NCBI GenBank assembly: GCA_050633305.1
Contig: JBOEGF010000013.1
Span: 128,001 to 192,000, forward strand
Source of the DNA: Nannocystales bacterium
GTDB taxonomy: Bacteria > Myxococcota_A > Polyangia > Nannocystales > Nannocystaceae
Length of the DNA: 64,000 nucleotides
Reading direction: 5' to 3'
In this document: positions 38,963 to 46,175 of the stretch, piece after piece
How the letters are laid out: each line of letters opens with the position of its first letter
How positions within the stretch are numbered: position 1 is the stretch's first letter
Translations under genes and position numbers: made by a program
Notes under the pieces: model-generated
Seen by the model: only the letters and a program-made list of their open reading frames with translations
Database searches by the model: none
Told to the model about the DNA's origin: nothing

Positions 38963-39430
38963 CTAGGCGGCGAAGAGGGTCACGGTACCGTCGCCGTACC
39001 CGCCAACTTCGAAGCCGAAGCTCTCTCGAGACGAAGAAGCCTTGATGAACGCCTTGATGTCCTCGGGCGCCTTCCCGTAGTCCGCCGTCGTATACCGGCA
39101 GTGAGGTCTCTCCGGCGTGTTGAACAGCCGACTGAGAACGTTGAGGACCTCTCCAAATGCCTCTGTCAGCTCCTCCGGGAGCTCGTCTGCGCCCTTGGCA
39201 TCGTTGGCGACAGCGGCCGGCAGCATCATGATCGCCGCGCCCGTGTAGCACACGAATGGCGCGTCGGCGGAGACGACCGCGACCAAGTCTCCTTTGTCAT
39301 CCACGAACCGGCCGTACACAACCGAGCTCTTGTAGACCTGCTTGGAGAACTTCTTCGCGGAGGCCGAGCACGGTTTCTCGAACAGTCGTCCGAGCAGCTG
39401 ATGAACGTTGATGGCGTCGTTGTTCATCAT
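38963..39430 (-). CDS. CheX/CheC-like protein partnered with CheY (copy 3)
   Basis: EAFGEVLNVLS contains ExxN. ATGA overlap with the upstream cheY. Confidence 0.65.
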   Translation of the reverse strand: MMNNDAINVHQLLGRLFEKPCSASAKKFSKQVYKSSVVYGRFVDDKGDLVAVVSADAPFVCYTGAAIMMLPAAVANDAKGADELPEELTEAFGEVLNVLSRLFNTPERPHCRYTTADYGKAPEDIKAFIKASSSRESFGFEVGGYGDGTVTLFAA

Positions 39431-39804
39431 GCCGCAGCTCCAATCAATGGCTCGAGGGCAAACCGAACGTCATCCCCGTCGAAGGGCTTGACGATGAAAC
39501 GGTTGGCACCGGCTTCGTTCGCCTTCAGACGCATCTCTTCGGTGCACTCCGTGGTGACAAACACGAACGGGATGCGAGACCCATCTGCGCGCACGTTCTG
39601 GAGGAAGCCGTACCCGTCCATATTCGGCATGTTCCAGTCCGAGAGGATGAGATCGAAGCTGCCATCGCCAGCCACGAACGCCTTGTAGGCCTCCGCACCG
39701 TCGCACGCTTCGGTGATTTCTGCGTTTCCATAGCCAGCCTGCCGCAACCCGCGACGGACCAACATCCGCATTACCCTGCTATCATCTGCAACGAGGATCT
39801 TCAT
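39427..39804 (-). CDS. cheY: Response regulator CheY (copy 3)
   Basis: ADDSRVMR, SDWNMP, FVTTE, VKPF. SD AAGGAG. Confidence 0.9.
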   Translation of the reverse strand: MKILVADDSRVMRMLVRRGLRQAGYGNAEITEACDGAEAYKAFVAGDGSFDLILSDWNMPNMDGYGFLQNVRADGSRIPFVFVTTECTEEMRLKANEAGANRFIVKPFDGDDVRFALEPLIGAAA

Positions 39805-39837
39805 CGTTCTTTCGTTCTCCTTCTGGCCTCCCCGCGG

Positions 39838-39866
39838 TCATCGGCGGCAGCAGCGAGATTCTTGAG
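39838..39866 (-). promoter_or_regulatory. sigma28/FliA-like promoter
   Basis: Minus strand CTCAAG-N15-GCCGATGA, ending 34 bp upstream of the cheY3 ATG. Confidence 0.55.
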
Positions 39867-39958
39867 CCTTTCAGGCGGCCCGGTGAGAGCCGCTTCGTCG
39901 GAGAACGCCGTACTTCGCGCAAGCTCGCCAAGGCCGGCAGTGGTGCTACCTTCGGGCC

Positions 39959-40915
39959 GTGGACGTGCCGGTCATCGACCCCACCCTCGACCTCGAAGAT
40001 GAGATCCAGCGGCTCCGTAAGGAGCGCAACGCTGTCATTCTCGCCCACTACTACCAGGAGTCCGAGATTCAGCACCTCGCCGACTTCATCGGCGACTCCC
40101 TGCAGCTCGCTCGGGCGGCACGGGACACCTCTGCCGATGTCATCGTTTTTTGCGGCGTGCACTTCATGGCCGAGACCGCCAAGATCCTCAACCCGGATCG
40201 AACAGTGCTGTTGCCAGATCTCGAGGCCGGGTGCTCACTCGCCAGCGGATGTCCCGGCGATCGTTTCCGCGCGTGGCGGGCCAAGCACCCCGACGCCGTC
40301 GCCATCAGCTACATCAACTGCTCCGCCGAGGTGAAGGCGGCCAGCGATCTCATCTGCACTTCGTCCAACGCGGTGAAGATGGTCGAGTCGGTGCCCGCCG
40401 ACCAAGAGATCCTTTTCGCGCCCGACAAGAACCTCGGGCGCTGGCTCATCAAGGAAACCGGCCGTGACATGACGTTGTGGCAGGGCACGTGCATCGTCCA
40501 CGAGACCTTCAGCCATCGAAAGCTGATCGGCCTCAAGGCGCGACATCCAAACGCCAAGATCATCGCCCATCCCGAGTGCGAGGACCACGTCTTGAACATG
40601 GCGGACTTCGTCGGCAGCACCAGCCGCCTGCTCGAGTACGCAACAACCTCCGAGTTCACCGAGTTCATCGTCGCAACCGAGGCCGGCATCATCACGCAGA
40701 TGGAGCTCAAGGCCCCCGACCGCACGTACATCCCGGCCCCCCCCGAGGCCAACTGCGCCTGCAACGAGTGCCCCTACATGCGGCTCAACACCTTGGAGAA
40801 GCTCTACCTTTGCCTCCGAGACATGACGCCCGAGCTCACCATGCCAGAAGAGTTGCGACTCGCAGCAAAGAAGCCCATGGACCGCATGCTCGAACTCTCC
40901 GCAGCGGTGAAGTAG
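39959..40915 (+). CDS. nadA: Quinolinate synthase
   Basis: [56 protein letters not shown]. Confidence 0.97.
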   Translation: MDVPVIDPTLDLEDEIQRLRKERNAVILAHYYQESEIQHLADFIGDSLQLARAARDTSADVIVFCGVHFMAETAKILNPDRTVLLPDLEAGCSLASGCPGDRFRAWRAKHPDAVAISYINCSAEVKAASDLICTSSNAVKMVESVPADQEILFAPDKNLGRWLIKETGRDMTLWQGTCIVHETFSHRKLIGLKARHPNAKIIAHPECEDHVLNMADFVGSTSRLLEYATTSEFTEFIVATEAGIITQMELKAPDRTYIPAPPEANCACNECPYMRLNTLEKLYLCLRDMTPELTMPEELRLAAKKPMDRMLELSAAVK

Positions 40916-40937
40916 CCTAGGCAGCGCCCGCCGCGAG

Positions 40938-42002
40938 TCAAAGCCCGACGAGCCGCCACACGCGGTTCGTCGGTTCGCGCTTTGCGTTCAGTCCGCCGAC
41001 CAAGACCAAGTCGCCTTCCACGTTGACCAAGCCACGGTGATCCATCGAGGGCTCGGGCAGCGGCGGAAGATCGACCCACCGCTTGGCCGCCACATCCCAT
41101 GCAAACGCCGTGTTCGTGGGCGCTGCGGGTGTGCCGTCGTATCCGAGCCCGTCGTAGTTGTAAGGATTGTCCGTGCCGCCCGCGAAGACCACCAACCCCT
41201 TGGCCGCTCCAGCCGCCATGCGGTAGCGAGCAACCCCGGGGTGCGGCGGGACAGACCGCCATTCGATCGCCCCCACGTCGTCGCCGAACTGTCCGAGATA
41301 ACACCCGGCATTCGCGACGAACGAGCGCCTCGCCTCACCGCTGGCGGGCACGACACGAACACCGTCGCAATACACGAGCGTGTCGTTCCACATCGCCCCC
41401 GCGTGACCGAACACCGCAGCTCCGGGGATCGGCGTGCCCTCGTGCCAAGACCCATCCTCGAGATCCAGAAGCTGCACGTCCGAGACGTTGTCGTCGTTGG
41501 ACCAGCCGCTGACCAAGACAACCCAGCGGTTGCGCCACACGGAAGCGACAGCGTCGTCGACCGGGATCGGCATCACCGGACCCACCGACCATGCCCCGCT
41601 CGACACGGACCACACATCGATTCCAGGCCGCGAGACCTCGGTGTGGTCTGCGCCGACGGTGTAGCCGCCGATGAGCAACAATCGGTCATCGATGCCCAGC
41701 GCAACCGAGGCGAGGCGTCCTGGCCCGGGTACTGCCGGGAGTGGCCTCCAACCCGAGGTGCCCAGGCTCCACGCATCCGAGACCACATCGGACCACAGCT
41801 TGCCGGGCGCGAGACCCAAGGCCGACACGACGGCAACCCCGGTCGGTGTGAGCACGGCCGCCACGGCGTTGTTCGAACGCGCCACTGGCAAGGCCGGCAT
41901 TCGCTCCCAGCGTGGAGCCTGCGAAGTCGCCGGGCTCCGGGGCGCATGAGCACAGCTCCCAACCAACACTGCGAACGAAGCGACAAGAAGCGAACGGCGC
42001 AT
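40938..42002 (-). CDS. Kelch-repeat beta-propeller lipoprotein
   Basis: VGSC lipobox. Repeated GG...W...P Kelch units (LIGGY, VSGW, FAGG, VGG). Confidence 0.85.
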   Translation of the reverse strand: MRRSLLVASFAVLVGSCAHAPRSPATSQAPRWERMPALPVARSNNAVAAVLTPTGVAVVSALGLAPGKLWSDVVSDAWSLGTSGWRPLPAVPGPGRLASVALGIDDRLLLIGGYTVGADHTEVSRPGIDVWSVSSGAWSVGPVMPIPVDDAVASVWRNRWVVLVSGWSNDDNVSDVQLLDLEDGSWHEGTPIPGAAVFGHAGAMWNDTLVYCDGVRVVPASGEARRSFVANAGCYLGQFGDDVGAIEWRSVPPHPGVARYRMAAGAAKGLVVFAGGTDNPYNYDGLGYDGTPAAPTNTAFAWDVAAKRWVDLPPLPEPSMDHRGLVNVEGDLVLVGGLNAKREPTNRVWRLVGL

Positions 42003-42097
42003 GCGAATGCTCCCGGCATACGCGACGCGTCCCAGCCACACAACTATGGCCGGAACCCCGCCGAAGATCGGCCGAGCCCAGGGCACTCGGGTCCGAA

Positions 42098-42334
42098 TCA
42101 GTCAGACTGCGTGTCGTACAGTCCGACGACGGGCTCGCGGTCCAGCGCCTCGAGACCGACGGCTTGGCGTACCAAGCTGCGCGACACGGGGAGCGGAAGC
42201 TTCGTGTTCTGAGCGAACGAGTGCGTGTGCCGGCTCAGGCTCGCCGGGTCCAGCTCATAGTTGAGGCGGATCTCGGAAGCGTTCGCCTCGAGCTGCATCA
42301 GCTCGGAGCGGAGCTCGGTAAAACGACCTGCCAT
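42098..42334 (-). CDS. Small hypothetical protein (78 aa)
   Basis: Fills the gap between genes and has its own sigma70-like promoter. Confidence 0.5.
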   Translation of the reverse strand: MAGRFTELRSELMQLEANASEIRLNYELDPASLSRHTHSFAQNTKLPLPVSRSLVRQAVGLEALDREPVVGLYDTQSD

Positions 42335-42345
42335 TCGCGCTCAGG

Positions 42346-42400
42346 ATTGTACGCGCCGACACTCTCAATGCAACCGATATCAGCGTTCAAACAGCGTTCA
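42346..42400 (-). promoter_or_regulatory. sigma70-like promoter with adjacent 11-bp-period direct repeat
   Basis: Minus strand TTGCAT-N16-TACAAT (42373-42346). CAGCGTTCA occurs twice, at 42381 and 42392. Confidence 0.5.
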
Positions 42401-42538
42401 GTGCGCCAGGGATCCTCCGAGATCGGTTCCGTGACCCGAAGCGCCCGGTACCGCTCCTTGACATCGAACGGTCGCGACGCGAGGGTCCGCGCAACATCAC
42501 CCGCTTGGGTGACGTTCCGTGCGAGCGAGGATTTGAAC

Positions 42539-43813
42539 GTGGAGAAATTGACCACGACGACGCTCAACGAAGACGGCAGGGGTGTTCGCGCGTTTTCGGA
42601 CAATCCTGCCGGTGCGTACTGGGAAGTCCGCGCGGACTCGAAGCGACTGTGTGAAACGCTCGAAGTGGAAGACTACGGGCTTCAGTCGATGCCCGATGCG
42701 AGCCCATTGAAGTGGCACCTCGCGCACACGACGTGGTTCTTCGAGACGTTCGTCCTCCGGGGCGCGCTGCCCCAGGTTGAGGTCTTCCACCCTCAGTTCG
42801 GGTTCCTCTTCAACTCGTACTACGAGAGCGTGGGCCGGATGCACCCTCGGCCCGAACGCGGTCTGCTTTCGCGGCCGACCGTTCGCGAGGTCGATCAGTA
42901 TCGGGCCCACGTCGACGAGCACGTACACGGCTGGCTCAAGACCGGCAATGCGACCGCGGAACAACTCGCGGTCGTCGAACTCGGGCTCCACCACGAGCAG
43001 CAGCATCAGGAGCTGATGCTCACGGACATCAAGCATGGCTTCTCGAAGAACGCCATGCGCCCGGTCTATCGAGAGCCCGAGGAAGTCCCGGAGAGTCAGG
43101 GCCGCGCCGTGGGGTGGATCTCGCACGAGGGTGGAATTTCGGGAATCGGTCACCGCGGCGACGCTTTCCACTACGACAACGAAGGGCCGGCCCACGAGGT
43201 CCTCCTGCCTCCGTTCGAGATCGCCGATCGCAAGGTGACCTGCGGCGAGTACTTGGAGTTCATGCGGGACGGCGGCTACGAACGTGCCGACCTATGGCTC
43301 TCCGCGGGATGGGCCACCGTGCAGAAGCAGTCCTGGCGCGCACCGCTGTACTGGGAGGAGCGCGACGGCCAGTGGTTCATCTTCACGCTCCACGGCATGA
43401 AGCCAGTCGACCCCAACGAGCCGGTGTGCCACGTCAGCCTGTTCGAAGCCGACGCATATGCCCGGTGGACCGGCTACCGCTTGCCCACGGAGTTTGAGTG
43501 GGAGAGCTCGTTGGGCGCGCTTCCGATTCATCGGCGCGACACCAGTTTCCACCCGAGCCCCGCAGGCCCTGGACCGCAGGCGTTCGGCGACACCTGGATT
43601 TGGACCGGGAGTGCCTACGCGCCCTACCCCAGCTACCGAGCTCCCCCGGGTGCCTTGGGCGAATACAACGGGAAGTTCATGTGTAGCCAGATCGTGCTCC
43701 GGGGAGGTTCTTGCGCGACCCCCCGCGGACACGGGCGTCCGACCTACCGCAACTTCTTCCATCCCCACGACCGCTGGCAGTTCTCAGGTATCCAGCTCGC
43801 GAGAGACCCATGA
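42539..43813 (+). CDS. egtB: Ergothioneine biosynthesis sulfoxide synthase EgtB
   Basis: QSMPDASPLKWHLAHTTWFFE, FNSYY, RGLLSRP, GLHHEQQHQEL, GEYNGKFM, YRNFF. GTG start with GAGG SD. Confidence 0.96.
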   Translation: MEKLTTTTLNEDGRGVRAFSDNPAGAYWEVRADSKRLCETLEVEDYGLQSMPDASPLKWHLAHTTWFFETFVLRGALPQVEVFHPQFGFLFNSYYESVGRMHPRPERGLLSRPTVREVDQYRAHVDEHVHGWLKTGNATAEQLAVVELGLHHEQQHQELMLTDIKHGFSKNAMRPVYREPEEVPESQGRAVGWISHEGGISGIGHRGDAFHYDNEGPAHEVLLPPFEIADRKVTCGEYLEFMRDGGYERADLWLSAGWATVQKQSWRAPLYWEERDGQWFIFTLHGMKPVDPNEPVCHVSLFEADAYARWTGYRLPTEFEWESSLGALPIHRRDTSFHPSPAGPGPQAFGDTWIWTGSAYAPYPSYRAPPGALGEYNGKFMCSQIVLRGGSCATPRGHGRPTYRNFFHPHDRWQFSGIQLARDP

Positions 43814-44781
43814 CCAACTCCGCCCCCTCCTTGGAACTCACCGATCTGGAGCCCACCGCCGCTGACATGACAACCCAGGTTGTGCGCGGCCTCTCCAAAC
43901 CGCAGAAGACGATGCCCTCGGCGTTCTTCTACGACGAGCCAGGGTCGGCGCTGTTCGACGAGATCTGCCGAGTCCCCGAGTACTACCCCACGCGCACCGA
44001 GCTCGCGATCATGGAGGCCTCGCTGCCAGAGATGGCCCAAGCGATCGGGCCTGAGGCGCTGGTGATCGAATATGGCAGCGGGACCGGGCTCAAGACCCGC
44101 CAGCTGCTCTCCGCTCTCGAGCGCCCGGTGGGGTACGTGCCCGTCGAAATCTCGCGAGAGTTCTTGATGACGTCGGCCAACGCCCTGCAGGCCGAGTTCA
44201 ACGACCTCGAGGTACTGCCGGTCTGCGCAGACTTCACCGAGCCCTTCGAGGTTCCCCAGCCCAGCAAGCCCGCCCGTCGCCGCGCGCTGTATTTCCCGGG
44301 CTCCACGATCGGGAACTTTCGGCCCGAGTTCGCGACGAAGCTCCTCCGGCAGATGCGGGAAGAAGTGGGGAGCGGCGGATGTGGACTGCTCGGTGTCGAC
44401 CTCGTCAAGGGCACGCAGTCCCTCGAGGCGGCCTACAACGACGCCGCCGGGGTCACGGCGAAGTTCAACCTCAACATGCTCCGGCGCGCCAACGACGAGC
44501 TGGGGGCCAACTTCGACCTCGATGCGTTCCGGCACCGTGCCGTTTGGGTCAAAGAGCGCAGCGCGATCGAGATGCGTCTGTACGCGCGCCGCCCCACGTC
44601 CGTGAACCTCGTTGGCAACCGATTCACCTTCGCCGAAGGGGAGTGGATCCACACCGAGGACTCGCACAAGTACACCCTCGAGGCCTTCGCCGCGCTCGCG
44701 CAGGAGGCAGGGTTCGACGTTGACCGCGTTTGGACGGACGACAAGAACCTCTTCAGCGTGCAGTACTTGCTCGCCCGGTAG
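43810..44781 (+). CDS. egtD: L-histidine N-alpha-methyltransferase EgtD
   Basis: FFYDEPGS.LF, PEYYPTRTE, EYGSG, FPGSTIGNF, AYNDAAGVTA.FNLN, IHTEDSHKY. ATGA overlap with egtB. Confidence 0.96.
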   Translation: MTNSAPSLELTDLEPTAADMTTQVVRGLSKPQKTMPSAFFYDEPGSALFDEICRVPEYYPTRTELAIMEASLPEMAQAIGPEALVIEYGSGTGLKTRQLLSALERPVGYVPVEISREFLMTSANALQAEFNDLEVLPVCADFTEPFEVPQPSKPARRRALYFPGSTIGNFRPEFATKLLRQMREEVGSGGCGLLGVDLVKGTQSLEAAYNDAAGVTAKFNLNMLRRANDELGANFDLDAFRHRAVWVKERSAIEMRLYARRPTSVNLVGNRFTFAEGEWIHTEDSHKYTLEAFAALAQEAGFDVDRVWTDDKNLFSVQYLLAR

Positions 44782-44975
44782 AGCCTCCACGCAGCGCGTG
44801 CTTCAGCGCTGTTCGACGTCGCCCGGTCCCGGCTCAATCCAGAAGGTCTCGGAACGCAGTGAACGCGCGGGCTCTGCGCCTCGCCTTCGAGTGCCGGATT
44901 TAGATGCAGAACGCGGTTCTTCGCTTGAATCCCGACAGTCCGTGATCCTGGGCGCTGCCCTGCACCACTGGGTCC

Positions 44976-45491
44976 GTGCAGCCCATGGTCCCCTCCACAC
45001 GCGCTCACGAAACCGTCCTCCTCCGTCATCTTGCGCCCCGGTCCGGCTTCCGAGACGACCTCTACCAGGAGGTCGCCGTCCGTATCTTGGTGCGACTGCG
45101 TAGCCAAGCGCCCCCGACCTTGTCGCGAGCGTATGTACGCCGGACGGCACGCACCGCAGCCATCGACGGTGCACGTCAGCACGACCGTCGACAGCGTCTG
45201 CTCGAGACCCACGCCCGCGCATTGCGTTGGGCCTCCGACCCTCAGGACCCCGAGCGTCAGCTCCACGCCCGACACATCAAGCAAGCGATCGAAGATGAAC
45301 TCGGCAGGCTCTCACCCGAACGACGTGAACTCCTCACCCTCTTCCTCGATGGACACGGCATCACTGAACTCGCTGGCCGAAAGGGTGTGGACCGGAAACG
45401 GGTCGAGAATGGGGTTTACCGGTCACTCTCGAAGGTCCGCAAGGGTCTCCGGGATCGCGGACTGGGTCCGGAGTCGGTCCTTCGTGGATAG
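44976..45491 (+). CDS. Divergent ECF-type sigma factor (short)
   Basis: DDLYQE, AYVRRTA..AAID, L..LSPERR, VENGVYR. Start uncertain. Confidence 0.7.
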   Translation: MQPMVPSTRAHETVLLRHLAPRSGFRDDLYQEVAVRILVRLRSQAPPTLSRAYVRRTARTAAIDGARQHDRRQRLLETHARALRWASDPQDPERQLHARHIKQAIEDELGRLSPERRELLTLFLDGHGITELAGRKGVDRKRVENGVYRSLSKVRKGLRDRGLGPESVLRG

Positions 45492-45545
45492 GAGCGGCGA
45501 CCGATGTGGCTTTGGCGAACGGTGAGTCGGTACCCTGCACGGGCC

Positions 45546-46175
45546 GTGAACGATGATGGGGAGCTGCTCGAGCGCTGGCGGACCGGCGACATGGCCTCGG
45601 GGCAAACGCTTCTGCGACGCCACTTCCGGAGCGTCTACACGTTCTTTGCGAACAAGGTCAGCGGGCCCCCAGATGACCTGATTCAGGAGACGTTTCGCGC
45701 CTGCGTGGAGTCTCGCGGCAAGATCCGGGACGGCTCGTCGTTCCGCGCTTACCTGCTGACCATCGCCCGTCGAGAGCTGTATCGCAGCTACCGCAACCGC
45801 ATGCAGGTCGAGGAGTTCGACCCCAGTCGCGTCTCCGTGAGCCAGCTGGTCGCCTCCCCCACGGCGATTCTGGCGAAAGAAGAACACCAACGACACTTGC
45901 TGCAAGCGCTCCGGCAACTGCCTCTCGAGCTGCAGCTCGTCTTGGAGCTCACCTACTGGGAACAACTTCCCGCAGCGGAGGCAGCCGAAGTGCTGGAGGT
46001 TCCCATCGGGACGCTCAAGAGCAGACTTCGGCGAGCCCGAGAAGCGCTGCGGGAGACGTTCGCGGAGGTGGCCGAGGCGACGGGGATGAACAACGCAACG
46101 GCTGACGACATCGACCGCTGGGCGGAGTCATTGCGCGAAGAGCTTGCAGTCCGAGTGAGGCCATCTCGTGGCTGA
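45546..46175 (+). CDS. ECF sigma factor coupled to Ser/Thr kinase
   Basis: DGELLERWR.GD, DDLIQETF, FRAYLLTIAR, GTLKSRLRRAR. Overlaps the kinase start. Confidence 0.92.
   Translation: MNDDGELLERWRTGDMASGQTLLRRHFRSVYTFFANKVSGPPDDLIQETFRACVESRGKIRDGSSFRAYLLTIARRELYRSYRNRMQVEEFDPSRVSVSQLVASPTAILAKEEHQRHLLQALRQLPLELQLVLELTYWEQLPAAEAAEVLEVPIGTLKSRLRRAREALRETFAEVAEATGMNNATADDIDRWAESLREELAVRVRPSRG

Noticed and set aside
41912..42538. 209-aa N-terminal extension of EgtB in the ORF track (likewise extensions on phoD, FGE, MepA, MpaB and the protease)
   Set aside because: Extensions overlap neighbouring genes or promoters and lack motifs. Downstream starts have SD or -10 support.
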